A stretch of DNA of 63,079 nucleotides, the filler included, from Octopus bimaculoides (lineage: Eukaryota), in the NCBI RefSeq assembly GCF_001194135.2. It is 6 parts of 5 records of this genome, joined end to end, with 100 filler letters (N's around TTAATTAATTAA, not from the genome) between each part and the next. Parts side by side here need not be neighbours in the genome. Positions count along the whole stretch, not along the records: positions 28,427 to 54,565 come from NC_068993.1; 5 more parts are not named here. One strand, 5' to 3'. Position 1 is the first letter of the stretch; the number at the start of each line of letters is the position of its first letter. The notes under the pieces were generated by a model that was not told where the DNA came from, did not search any database, and worked only from the letters and a program-made list of their open reading frames with translations. Below are positions 33,624 through 47,010 of this stretch, piece after piece. A program made the translations under genes and the position numbers.

Positions 33624-34161
33624 TTCAGTTCCATTCCTTGCATATCTGGTTTTATATCAGAGTAACCTTCTAGATTTTTTAGGGTCCATGCTATTGCTTG
33701 ATTGTTGTTGAACCTACGTTAGGTTTATCTGTCCCTTTGACCGGTCTTGTTTTCAGTCCTGTTGAGTTTCTAGCAACCCTCTTCATCAGGGAAGCTTAGT
33801 TAGGGTGCTGGTTTAGTCACTGATGACCTGACCCTGTGACAGTTGTACTGGATTCCTTGTTACCAGTAGCACTCATGAGAGACTGACAATACATGCATGC
33901 CTACATACATACATATGCACATTTAGATATATCATTCATCATCATTTAATGTCCATTTTCCATGCTTGCATGAATTGAACATGTATATTTGTATGCATAT
34001 ATACATATATGTAATTATGTATGTATCACCTTGTATATTTGTATTCATATATACATATAGAATACATATATCTATATTCACATCCAATTGAAATGCCATT
34101 GTTTATGATAATCATAACTTTTTTTCCTAGGTCTTTTATTTATTTATTTTTATATTTCTAG

Positions 34162-34217
34162 GTAATTTTGGTGATCGATATTTTGGTACCAGCAGTTCAG
34201 CTATGGTTGTTGCTTAA
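34162..34217 (+). CDS. UCKL1: Uridine-cytidine kinase-like 1, terminal coding exon
   Basis: Polypyrimidine tract plus TAG acceptor; phase 1 joins the 29452 donor to give GNFGDRYFGTSSSAMVVA-TAA. GNFGDRYFG is the conserved UPRT-family C-terminal motif. Confidence 0.93.
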
Positions 34218-34456
34218 TCTACAATTATAACTTCAGAAAAAAAAATTTGTATGGCAGTATATTTTCGTTGGTGCTACATTTTGGTTGGTACCATGCTTTG
34301 GTGCAATGCAAATCCTTCGACGGATTTTCTATTTTCCATAAGAATTTGACAATTTATGTTATTGTATCAAGAAAAATTATACAATATAGAACTGCATGAT
34401 GCATGTCAAATAAAAACAGAATGATTATGTAACGTATGTGTGGGTGTGCATTGTAA

Positions 34457-34496
<40 letters not shown>

Positions 34497-36068
34497 AAAA
34501 GTGAATGTGTGTGTGTTCATCTGACCAGTGTAATAAACTGTTACTATCTTGCTTCTCGCACAAAAACTGTACATATTTGCCAGGGTTTAAGAGCTATTCT
34601 TCAAAATAACCTATTACTGGAAATGTTATTTAGGGCACTATTGTATAACCAAAAGTCTATTTGTCATCAAGATGGCAAGTATATTAAGACCTGTTTCTGA
34701 CTTCTGACCCATTCCTCAGTTTTGTATCTTAAAAAAAATATCCATTTTCTTTATAACTAAAAACTATACAGGTAATATATATATATAAATATATATAAAA
34801 TTTTACCCAGCACGGCTGTAAATTATTAACCAAAGAATGTTTATTGCTCTGAAATTTAGTCAAAGCCAATTCTGTTTTGTTTATGTACTCCTAAGTACTC
34901 CAAGAAAGGCATAAATGTTACACAATCTCATTTCTATCTCCTCTAAATGTGTGGCCCTTTGACCAAAATAAGAAGTTGTCCAGTTTTGGATTGTTTGTAA
35001 ATATTTTTGTGAGAAGAAAGATCTTGTTTTGATCATCAACTATTAAATTATATACATTTAATATATTGGAAATTATATTGCACATAATAAATAGGGAATT
35101 ATCCACAGCTAATATATATATATATGGAATTGTATACAGGTAATATATAAGGGAATTATATACATGTCAAATGTAGTATGTTATGTAAACATCATTTATG
35201 TATTGAGGGAATTCATGCAATTGTATGTTCTGTCACAAAGATGTTGTTGGAGGTGAGTGATCACAGTGAAACTTTTGTTTATCTCAGGGCAGCAGAGAAT
35301 CTCTTTTTTATAGACTTTGATTTGAGGCATATTGTATTGTAGCCAAATTACAAATGTATTTCCTTAAAGCTCTCCTTACTTGCTGTTGTTGCATTAAAGA
35401 TTTTGTCGATTGTTAGCATTGATAGTTGCAGTTCTGATAGCAGTTACGGGATTCCTGATATTTTACATTTTTACAATAGTTGGAAGTAAGTTCAACATTG
35501 CAAGACAACACGAGTTCAGGATGTCTGTGAGTTCTTTCAATTCCATCATCTTTCAGTTAATCTTCAGACAGTATTTCCATTATTTGTATTTCTATACTGT
35601 TAACATTGAACAATAACTTGAGTTGATCTGAAGGAGTTTCGAAGTTAATTCCAAAAAGGGAGATGTTTGTTTAATTCAAGACTTCCTATTTTTTCTCTTT
35701 TAAGTTCAGCTTTGTAGGTGTTACCTCTAATTAGCCAATGAGTTGTGGATAAGTTCTGCAACTGACAATCATCATCATAGTTATCACTTTATGTCCAATT
35801 TTCCATACTGGCATGGGTTAGAGAAGTATTCATATGCTGGAGACCCTTCTTTGCGCCAACTCTTGTAGTCATCTCTATATTGCGGGACATATTGTACAAC
35901 TGAGATACACCATTACAATTAAACTCATACTGCTCAGGATATTCTTCTTCTATCAGTGTATAAATATTTTATATATTTTGAGCATTAATTTATTAATTTG
36001 ACTTCTGGGTTGTGAGTCACGTCCTTATGTAATAACTTCATTGCTCCACATTAAACAATGTATGTGTG

Positions 36069-36106
<38 letters not shown>

Positions 36107-36599
36107 ATGGCTATCCACTTGTGACCAAAGAAGACCACCATTGACCATTAAGAAAACTGTGCACACAGACAGAATTATACTTTACATATGCAGTTTTGCT
36201 GGTGACTAATATACTTTACATATGCAGTTTTGCTGGTGATTAATGATCCCAGCTCTTGATAGACATATAGACCTGTGATCATGTTCAGGTTTTTGTCATG
36301 AAATTGGAATACAAAACTTCCCCCATCCACTTCACTGGTGGTGTATTTTCAATCAGTTCGCCTAAGTTCAGCATGCAAAGTGTGTGTTTGTTCAAAAATT
36401 TCTACTCTTTCCTCTACTCATTTCCTCTGTTGGTAGCAATGATAAGCATTACTTCCCTAATTGACCTACCTATATTTTACATGCCTTCAATGAGGACTTT
36501 ATACAATCCTTAAACCTTAGGCTTGGTTTCTGCTGGGAGTGTTTTCCACAAACAAGTTCACTTATAGCATTTGCCTAGGGATCCTCTGATCACTCATTT

Positions 36600-37177
36600 G
36601 AACAAAATGTCCAGTCCAGTGTAATTGATGTCTGAGCATCATCATCTCGATGTTCAGGCTGTCAACTCCCCTGAAGAGCTCTGTGTCTGGAGACCACATG
36701 AACCAGCCAATGTTAAGAAATGTGTCTCAGACATCTCTGATGGAAGCATTCAAGGACCCTTACATGATACCTGTAAAGGGTTTGTGTCTCACAAGAGTAG
36801 TGATGTCAGCACACATACATGATACACAACAACTATTGTTTGCCTTGTGATTCTATGTTGGTACCAAACACGAGACTCGAGAGCCCTGAAGAAATCAGTT
36901 GCCTTCTGAAACCTTAAAGATATTTCATCATCCTAGGAGCAATAATGTCTGAGTGTGCTGTCCATGTACACTTGTCTACCACTTTCAGTATTGTTTCTTC
37001 AACGAAGATAAATGGTCTCACTTATGACTTTTTTGGTGCAGGTTGGAACATTACGACAGTCTTGTCTGAGGTAATACTGAATCCAAATGCCTTTCAAGAT
37101 GCAGAAATATGATCTATGAGAATTTGCATATCTTTAGCTGTATGGGCAACTAATTTGCAATCATCTGCATAAAGGTC
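36600..37177 (-). mobile_element. RTE/BovB-like LINE RT fragment
   Basis: Minus strand LYADDCKLVAHTAKDMQILID...KAFGFSITSDKTVVMFQPAPK. Confidence 0.75.
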
Positions 37178-37336
37178 ATGAATAAGAGACTGAAAACCTT
37201 TCAAATAGGCAGTAAATTGATGCAAGTTGAAGAGATGATTAGAAATTCAGTGCCTCACATATATCTTAGAGGAGCAATCCACAGCAAAAGCATGACTGAG
37301 AGTAGCAGCAAAATACAAAGGAAAAGAGAGTTGGGG

Positions 37337-37373
<37 letters not shown>

Positions 37374-37892
37374 AAGAGTTTTGTTGAAGAGATTTTTCCC
37401 CACGTGGTGAGTTGTCAGAAAAATTATAACAAAAGAAGGAAAATGCACACAATTTATATATATTTTTTATATATTTTATAAGATAGAATATTTATATAGT
37501 CTACTAGTTTCATGTTTTGCTAATCACAACTGGAAATTTGGTGAAAACATTGCAAATTCATAGTATCTTAAGACGTTTTTAGTTCATGTTGTTTGCATGA
37601 GAGTCTTTGTAAATGAACCAGAATGTAAATAAATCTATGAGAAGGTAATTGGTGATGTTAATTATTGAAGACAGGGGTGGTAATTGCACTTTTTGCAGTG
37701 TACATTTTTGGGAGGTTAAATTTACAGTGATTATATTATGAAGTTATAAATTGATGAATTGAAATAATGAAATAAAATATATACAAAGTTGGTTATGTGT
37801 TCATGAATTAAAATATTTACGAACTCCAGAATTGGTTATATGTTCATATTCAGGCGTAGTTTGTACTTTTTAATAAATATGTTCTCTTTATT

Positions 37893-37950
37893 TACTGTAT
37901 TTTGTGGCATATAAGATGCACCAGCATATAGGACACACCTTGAAATTAAC
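37893..37950. mobile_element. Terminus of a pogo/Tc2-like DNA transposon
   Basis: TA followed by CTGTATTTTGTGGCATATAAGATGCACC, a CpG-decayed form of the CCGTATTTT..CG.ATAAGACGCAC-type terminus; the partner terminus was not found. Confidence 0.5.
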
Positions 37951-39174
37951 ATGGAGTATGCAGGAAAATGTAATTATATGTAAGAGAAATTTATGGCTTT
38001 TTTCCATAGGATGAACGGACACATGCGGAGTGTCATAATAGGGGACAGGGTCCACATAAATGGTTAGCCAGTGTAAGGGTTAGCCTAAGTAAGGCTTAGG
38101 ACAAACAGCCAAAATAAGGGTTAGGACAAAGTTAACTAAAATAAGGGTTAGTGACGTGCTCAGTGGCATGGTGGAGGTCACAGAAGTGGTGTGGTCTGAA
38201 CAGTTTATATTGTTGTTTGCTACCCAAAACAAAAATTGTACAGCAACTGGTTACTGCTTAATCCACACCTGTATACCTTGGAAAAGTACTGGGTATTGTG
38301 CAAGTTTTCCTATGGCTTCACTGTTTTATCATTGTCTCAGCTTTGTGAAACATTTAAAATATTTCAGAATATCCTGGTATGCCCCATGCCTTGTCGTAGT
38401 GCATGTTATTTACTCACTAAACCATATCTTTTATTACTGTTAAGTTCCTTTATGTTGTCTCTTCTCATGTATTTTAAATGGTTTGGCACACATTTTTTTG
38501 GCCTTACCCTCAATGAAGATGAATAAAATTACGGTTAGGGGAATTTTGTAGAGCCTGCTTCAGCGATAGGCCTGAGACTGAGTTCAGCCCATGTCTGCTG
38601 TGAAACCTTATATTTAAGGTTATTTGTGCAGCAGAACATTCAGTGAACACAGATTACAATATCTGTTCCATATTATTGGGAAGAGAGCCAGGATGCAACA
38701 ACGAATTGTTTTGATTGTGAGCCATACCTTTATTGTCTGTCAATGTCTTGACTCTGATATGGCTGTGACCTCAGCTTCATTGTTCATTACTTTATTTTCT
38801 GATATTTAGCGTACTACTTTCATAATTTTTTTTATCTATTTTTATTTTATATTGTTAACTTTCTTCATTACTGCCACTACTTGTAAAATGATAACTTTTC
38901 TGGTTGTGTTTCTACTGCAAGTGTTTGCAGTGAATGCCAGGTAATGCTATGACCATAGCCTCATCTGCACGGTTCATTATTTTTTTGCACTGATATTTTA
39001 TTTATTGAACATATTTTATCAGTGTTTGTTATATTTAAATTTTTTTCATATTAACATTCTTTGCTATTGCCACTTTATTTGTAAGAAGAAATCTTATCAA
39101 AACCTGCCAATACATAATAACCAAAATATCAAGATACAATAAGCTCATTAGTAACTTTTGACCCCACTTTAAAA

Positions 39175-39550
39175 TCCGAAAAGGTCATGATTGCTGTCAT
39201 CCTCATTCAGTTCCTGGCTGTCATTTTCCTCAAGTTCCTGGAATTCATCAGCTTCCTTGCATTCCTCAGAGGAGTTGTTATTTTCAGAATCAGATGTGTC
39301 ATTATTGTTATATAAAGAATCATCTTCAGTGCCATTTTGGGTGTTACTGATGCCACATTTTTTGAAACCATTTATAATTGTTTCAGTTTTTTACTGCTTC
39401 CCACGAATGTTTCACCCAGTGGGCTGCCTGGGAAGATGTTGGCTTCTTCATACAGCCTGCTGGTGTCAGTTCATATTGCGGGACCTGCATCCAGTTATCC
39501 CACTCCTTTCTCATGTGTCCCTTGAAAGACTTGTTTATTAAAGGGTTGTA
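39175..39550 (-). pseudogene. pogo/Tc2-family (POGK-like) DDE transposase C-terminal remnant
   Basis: QP[L..]INKSFKGHMRKEWDNWM..YELTPAGCMKKPT...WVKHSWEAV.TETIINGFKKCGISNTQNGTEDD plus acidic tail; frameshifted. Confidence 0.8.
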
Positions 39551-39559
39551 AATGGAAAG

Positions 39560-40085
39560 TCCTCAAAGCACTTTTTTTGTCCACTCTGCATATACTTGCC
39601 TTCTTCCAGTTTTCTGTTCTACAGTAGGACAGTCTCTTGGGGAGGCATGTATCAGGCATTTAAACAAGGTGGCCTACTCACCTGAATTGGGCTCTCCTTG
39701 GCAGTGTGTAGATGTTTGACAAATCAGCTTGAGAGAGGACCTCAGTGTCTGACACCTTGTCTTGCCAGATAATTTTCAGAAGCTTCCTCAGGCAGTTCAT
39801 GTGGAAGTGGTTTAGCTTTTTGGGATGGCATTCATAAAATGTTCATGTCTCATAGGTGTACAGTAGAGTAGGCAATACAACTGCTTGGTACACCAACTTA
39901 GTGGTTAGCCTAATTTCTCTCTTCTGCACTGATTCATGTCGCCACCTGAATGCTGAGCTTTCCTTGGCAATGCTTGTGTCAACCTCATTGTCAATGTTCA
40001 CTGGTCTGGAGAGTGTGCTGCCAAGGTATGTGAACTTGTCAACAGCCTTCGGGGTTTCCTCTTCGACAGTGATATGTGATAGTTA
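39560..40085 (-). mobile_element. RTE/BovB-like LINE C-terminal fragment
   Basis: VDKFTYLGSTLSRPVNIDNEVDTSIAK...VYQAVVLPTLLY..LNHFHMNCLRKLLKIIWQDKV. Confidence 0.85.
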
Positions 40086-41649
40086 GAGACAAATGCTGGA
40101 CAGATCACAGACTCATCCTCACAAAACTCCATGTGCACGTAATTTATATAAGTAAAAACACACTTAACATCATATAAATGCAAAATGTTTTTAATTCTTT
40201 CCATCAGTTTGTATGGCTTTGGCTAAACATTTCATGAAAGAAATACCTTCAGAAGTTGAACTCACAACTTTAGTTTTATCAAGGCTGCATTAGATATTGA
40301 TGTTATTCACATTGCTAATTAGAGCAGCTGAGCTCTGTTCCTTTAAGCAAGGCATGCATCTGCAGAAGTTTCCAGATATTTCAAAGTGATAACTGATATT
40401 AAATTACAGTTGTTCAATAAACTATGGCAATACTTTCAGTTCTGAAACTGAATTTCTTTGAGAAGCCAGAACAAAAACTTGTTATTTATACCACATATCA
40501 TTTTGAAAGCACTCATACTCCATTAGTAACCATCCTAACCCCTTTTGTCTGTTTTGGTATACATATATTTTTGTACATAATGTCATTTCCTCTATGCTAT
40601 AATGTTCTCTTGAAGTAATGGTTTCATTCTATAGAGTAATTTTATTTCTTCTTTTGAAATAATACTCAGTAAATGTTTTACTCTCTACTTGGTTGGTGTC
40701 TGCTCGTGTATGTCACTATTTTCATTCTCTTTAAGCTGTTCTTTTATTTCCCCATTTATTAAATCCATTTGCAGTTTACTCATTGCTGAATGCTAACCTC
40801 TCAGTCCCCTAATTTTACTATGACTATAACATAAGCAAGTAAATAAGAACCAAGAAGGTACAAATTTATGTCTTTTACTCATACCCATTGTCCTGAGATT
40901 TGGTGAGAAATCTTCATATTCACCTCAAACTTTGAATCGGTGAGGCCATGACAGTAGAAGTGCTTCTTTGATCAGAAGAATTTGGTTCCAAATTAGTTAC
41001 CAATTTTGATGATAATGTTTCCTCTGTAGCAAATTAACTAATAATTCTATTATTTAGATTATGAATTAGTTTATTATATTCAATAATAATCAGCCTAATT
41101 ATGATACAAACAACTAAGATCTTCTCATTGTGCTAGGTTAGTCCATGCAGTCAGTGATTTGCAAAGTAATTGAATACTTAAAGGACATCAATATTATGTT
41201 TAAAACATTCCTGAGTAACATGTTTACAGCAACTATAAACATTTCTTGGTGAATAACTTATTTAACACTTTGAAGTAAGTGACTGCATGACCGAATAAGG
41301 ATGAATCCAAGGAAGGATTTGGGTAATAATTTCAAACTAATACATATTTGAATTAATTCGTTACTAGACTGCTAAAATAAATATATAGCAACAACAATAT
41401 CCATAATAATTCTTCTATTGCTACTTCTATCATTATATAATAGAGATATCCATTAATCTTGTGAGACCGTGCTTCTGTGTTTGGAAAGTCTTGCTTTCAT
41501 CCCATTGGCAGAGCACTGTCTGCTGTGACTATATACACCCTTGTGTGTCAGTCTTGGCTGCAGTGACTGCACTTGAAGGTGCATTCTGCTAGTTTTGTTT
41601 TGGTGTTGTGTTTTTCCATCAAATTTGCTTTTCTTCATTAGCAAACTTC

Positions 41650-42310
41650 AACCTCAGCCTCTCCTCTGCCCTTTATAAACTTGTGTCCAATTCCATCTCT
41701 TGTAGGAACCATCACCAGCAATGTCCTTCCACTTTTCACCATTTGTGGAAAGAGATTTCATGTCACTCTTGCAGACATCTTTGAAACAAAAACGTTGCCC
41801 TTGTGTTCTCATGCCAGAAGCCAGTTCACCGTACAAAAAGGTCTTTTGGGATCTTTCTTTCGGATATCAGGTGTATATGGCCCAACCAGTGGAGGTGTCA
41901 TTGTTTTGATAGGATGAGGTGGCTGAGTATCTGCCAGAATCTCATTGGTAACTCAGTTTGTCCTTGTGATGTTTAGAATTCGTCTTGGGCTTTGTAGACT
42001 GCCACTCCAGTCTGCAATAGATGTCCTTTGTGCTTTGTGCCTTTTGTAGGCACAGTCTGCTTGGTTCCTCTTGCTAGATTCCACCTTGCTCTCTAGTCTT
42101 ATCTAAACTCTTTTTTGTAGGGTTCCTGTTTCTGCAAGGCATGTCCCTTGTAGTGATGCAATGTTCACTTGAAATTTTAGCAGTTTGTGGTTAACCACTG
42201 CAGTCTTTTGTATATCATTTGTCTTCAGGAGATTATCTCATAGTCCAGTAGTCATGGTATTTACATTCTAGCATCCTAATCTGGATGATGGTTTCTTCTT
42301 TTGCCTTCAT
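41650..42310 (-). mobile_element. RTE LINE remnants: APE N-terminus close to ORF C-terminus
   Basis: About 42100-42300 resembles the APE start (NVNTMTTGL...KTAVVN...VNIASLQ.T.L); about 41650-41900 encodes LYGELASGMR...FKDVCKSDMKSL. Confidence 0.6.
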
Positions 42311-43589
42311 GTCATGCATGTTGCAGGCAGGTTCTATTTCTAAGTTCCATGCATTCAGTGAGGCAGGTGGACTGGTAGGACAGCACCTAATTGGTTGGGA
42401 TTTGTCCAACTTACTTCCACAATAATATAATTGATATATAGTTACTTGTTATAGAATGAAGGGCATGAAAAAACATATTTTGCTGTAATATGGGACCATA
42501 ATTTTCACAAAAAATGTTTAAGAAATAAGAGCATCTAGTCATTAATTTAAATAGTCATATTGTTTCTTTTCAAATTTATATTATTGTGAACAGAGTGAAA
42601 AAAAATGTAAAAATTACATTTACACTTAGAGGTCTTGTTGGTTGTCCTTCCTGGCAATGGGAAGCACAAATAATAAAATAAATGCTGAAGTTGTTTGGTC
42701 TGAAGTACTGGCAGATCTCTTGAGACTAGAATCTCATTCTTTTCCTTTTTTTTTTTACTTTTGCTATGATCACATTGTGGCATTCAAAATTTCAAATATC
42801 ACTTATAATTGTTGTGGCTGCAGGCTGGTAATTAATTGCTACAAATGAATTAGAAATAAACCAGAAATGCCAACAAAATGTAAATCTGTTTTGTAACTGT
42901 GAGTTTGACATGGTTTTTATAACATTTATAACCAAAACAATGCAATATTTTTCAAGTGATTTGACTCAGATCAATATTTTCTGTTGATCATTATTGGAAA
43001 AATAAGTCATTATTGCAAAATAATTATTTAATTTTAAGAGTTTCTTTTGATATCTAGCAAATTTAGAAAATAATGACATTATTTGTCCCATTCAGCTTCC
43101 ATGACAAAAGGTTGAGTGAGCAATGACTTCTGTTGCCTCCTTCCCCACATCAATTCTCAATTCAGGTGTCCTTTGTTCTTTCTGGTGCTCACAAAATGTC
43201 CCGTCTGCCAAAAGACTGATCTTCTCATCCACTTGAGTTCTACATCCACTTTCCATGCTGGCACTTTTTGGGGCAATTACTGTGGTCTAAGTCACCTCCC
43301 AAACATTAGGTGCTTGTATTTGTCCTTTGAGTTTGTTTCTACAGCTGAATGATCTTCCTAATGCCAGCCTCTTTATAGAGTATACTGGTAGAAACTATTA
43401 TTATTGTGTGTCTTGCAAGGTTATTTTTTGTGGCAGTGAAGGGGAGGGGAAATTGTATGTAAAACTGTGAGCTATGGTATGATTTGTATGTTTATTTTGT
43501 TCAGGTTTGTTTATTTTTATCACCTTATGTAATTCACTATTATTGGTGGTCTTTCTGTTTTATAATAATTATTATCATTAATCATCCTT

Positions 43590-43810
43590 AATATTAATTA
43601 TTATCATTAAAGTGTAGGACAGAATACCTTGCAGTATTTGTTCTGATTCTTTATATTTCAGAGTTCAAATCATGCTAAGGTGAACATTGCTTTTCATTCT
43701 TTCAGAGCTCTATAAAATAAAAATACCAGTTATGTACTGGGGTTAATTTAATCAACTAACCCCACTCTCTCTCCAAATTTCTGGCTTTGTACCTATGTTA
43801 GAAACGACTT
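43590..43810 (+). mobile_element. SINE family A, diverged
   Basis: GAGTTCAAATC B-box, TTGCTTTTCATTCTTTC core and TTCTGGCTTTGTACC tail. Confidence 0.6.
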
Positions 43811-44800
43811 TTTTTTAATAACTGTTATTGGGAAATCCTTTTATAGTCAAGTCCCCCTCACTGTCTACACCATTCCTTCAAATAACCAAATCCTTACCTG
43901 TTTCTTACTTGTTAAGAAACTTTTAAAATCTAACATTTTTTCGTCTGTTTTCCTTTGTCTTGACAGGCTAGCTTTTTCTACACTCAGAAATATAGTGCTC
44001 TCTCTCTCTCTCTCTCCAATGTAATACATTACATAGCTGTCTCTCTACTAATAAGTAGATGTCTGTCTCTCTTTCTTCTTCTCTGTCTGTTTGTCTCTCT
44101 CTCTTTCTTCTTCTCTGTCTGTTTGTCTCTCTTTCTTCTTCTCTGTCTGTTTGTCTCTCTCTCTCTTTCTCAAATCAACAACTTGTGTATAAATCCACTG
44201 ATATTGTCTTTTCTTTTATACTTGTTATTATATAAGACAATATAAATTGTTTATTTTATCTATGGCCATTGAAAATTTAAAAAAAAATAAATGTTTATAA
44301 ATCCTATCTTCAGAATATTTGTGTTTAACTTCTTTTAAAACAGTCTGTATGTCTGTTAAGTCTTGTTTTTTTCCCCAGATTAGCTCTAATCTTACAGATT
44401 ACAGAGATCTGTAATCAAGAATATTCTAACCAAAACCATCCTGTCTTTCAAGAGTATGTTGGACTAAATTATCTCATAGGTCTTGATTGAGTAACTGGAA
44501 TTTCTCCTTACATTTTGGTTTGTTTATTAACCAGGTAATGTAGAAAAGTTTTGTAGCCAATGTTGTGTGTATCATCACCATAATTTTCATCATCATCATT
44601 ATTGTCATTGCTATATTATCATCACAATCATCATCATCATCACCATAATTTTCGTCATCATTGACTGCTACAAAGGCTTAAGGAGACACAGTGTGACTCC
44701 AAAATGAAGTGTTTTAGCGAAGGTAGTTCTGGATAAGGTTTCCTTGGATAAAATGCGTTTTTTACCAAGTTGCATAAACACATTGAATACAGTCGTATGC

Positions 44801-44858
44801 CAGAAATAGCAGTCGAACTGCAGAAATAGCAGTCGAACTGCAGAAATAGCAGTCAAAC
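44801..44858 (+). repeat. 20-bp tandem repeat, about 3 copies
   Basis: CAGAAATAGCAGTCGAACTG twice exactly plus a partial third copy. Confidence 0.9.
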
Positions 44859-45766
44859 ATTCTGACATGTTAAATAGAGAAGGCTGCACAACAAATATGA
44901 ATGGTGACAGCCAGAAATAAATGTGATTATGTGTCAGTCCTTTAATTACAGCTGATCTGGAAGTTAATAAACATAGATTCTATATTTCTAGTGAGACTAC
45001 TACAAGAAACAATAAAAAGGGAGAGAGTAATAGTAATATTATATAAACGTTTGGAAAAGCTTTTGAGCAATGCCGAGTAAGAAGTTGATAAAATATTGAG
45101 GTGATGTCAATAAATGAAAACAAAGAGAAAAAAATATTGCATTACTTTACAGAGGCTAGATAATGATCCAATAATATTTCGGGAAAGATTCCTTTTTTCA
45201 AATAGAAGAAAGAAAATAGAGTTTGCAGAAATATGTTGTTATTGACAGGCCATCGTCGTCATTATTATCATCATCATTGTCTTTATGTTTTTAATTTTCA
45301 CGCTTGCATGTGCTGAACGGATTTTGAAACATCTGACCTACTTTACAGTAGAGAGTAAGTGTATTTATCATGACATCAGCAGTAGAGAGGTTGGTCTGTG
45401 GCAGAACCAAGGAGTCCTTTCTATCTTGAATCAGTCCTTATTTGGAGTGCTTTTCATCACGTATCCAAAACACAAAAGATTTGAACACACCATGAGATTC
45501 ACAATGATCATGATGATGGTGATGATGATCATCGTTTTGACGTCAACTTTTCCACACTGGCATGGATCGGACGGTAATTGCTGAGGCTGATTTCCCTTCC
45601 TGTCACTAACCTTTACTTGTTTACAAGTAAGGTAATATTTCCCCATGATCAGACATGTTTTAACGGAAAATTGGAAACGAAGGATATCCTTTGCATAACA
45701 GTAACGTTCACTTACAACATTCACGCAGTGTCAAGGCAAGGAGACAGTAACACACACGCGCGCGCG

Positions 45767-45911
45767 CGGGTTTCTTTCAATTTCTGTCTACTAAATCTAC
45801 TCATAAGGCTTTGTAGGGGCTATAGTAGAAGACACTTGCTCAAGGTGCCAAGCAGTGAGACTGAACCCGAAACCTTGTGGTTGGGATGCAAACTTCTTAC
45901 CACACAGTCAC
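45767..45911 (-). mobile_element. SINE family B
   Basis: Reverse complement of the 19622-19786 type. Confidence 0.75.
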
Positions 45912-45914
45912 ATA

Positions 45915-47010
45915 AGATTGGTTTCAAATTTTGGCACGAAGCCAACAGTTTCGGGGGAAGGGGTAAGTCGAATACATCGACCCCAGTGCTCAACAGGTAC
46001 TTATTTTTATCGATCTGAAAGGTTGAAAGGTGAAGGTGACCTCAGCGGAATTTGAAGTCAGAACTTAAAGAAGGAGGAAATGCCGCTAAGAATTTTGCTC
46101 GCGTGTTAACGATTCTATCAGCTCTTCGCCTTAACAATGGTTTCAAATTTTGGCACAACGTCATCAATTTTGGGGAAAGGCTAAGACGATTGCATCAACC
46201 CCAGTGCTCAACTGGCACTTATTTTATCAGCCTCAGAGGATGAAAAGCAAAGGTGACCTCAGATTGTAAAGATGGACAAAAAGCCCCTAAGCATTTTGCT
46301 CGGCGTGCTAACGATTCTGCCAGCAAGCCGCCTTTATTCTGTACCACAAGATTTGTTGCATGAAATATTAACCTGGAACCATCTGAAGTCTTGTGAGTAA
46401 AACTACATAAACAGGGATTGTATAGAAGGCCATTTGATGGATTGTACCTTTAATTCAGAGAGTTCAACCGTGTCACAGACTGTGTCACTAATTTAGTCTG
46501 ACGATTACAGTAACAGTACACAACTTTGTGGAATACTCAGCCACTTACAAATTAATTCAAGAGCAAATAATTCAGTTAACTGAACACTTGGGTACTCATC
46601 GTTAAAACAGACGGCAATTCATATTATTGTTATTGTTGCTATTGCTGTATTTGTTCTAGCTCTTTGCATTCTGAGCTCAAATTCCGCCACGGTCCTCTTT
46701 GCCGTTAATCCTTTCGGGGTTGATAAAATAAAGTGTCACTCATCGAAAATTACTGACCTTGTGTCCAAATTTAAAACTATTGATTTTATTTAGCACCACA
46801 AGTCACCGAGCTGGCAGAATTGTTACTGCACCGGGTAAAATGCTTAGTGGCATTTCGTCCGTCTTTACGTTCTGAATTCAAATTCTGCTGAGATTGACTT
46901 TGCGTTTCGGGCTCGATAAAATAAGTACCAGTTAAATATTGGGGTCGATGTAATCGACTTAGTCCCATCCTCGAAATTGCTGGTCGTGTGCCAACATTAA
47001 AAATCGATTT
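45915..47010. mobile_element. Four SINE family A copies: two minus-sense (45915-46335) and two plus-sense (46640-47010)
   Basis: Head, core and tail motifs read in opposite orientations. Confidence 0.75.

Noticed and set aside
35380-35640. Exon-like stretch with GTAAG donors on both strands
   Set aside because: All frames hit stops quickly and no protein family is recognisable.
40208-40292. Possible acceptor followed by CMALAKHFMKEIPSEVELTTLVLSRLH-stop (alternative last exon?)
   Set aside because: No homology to UPRT/UCKL1 termini; chance acceptors are common in AT-rich DNA.
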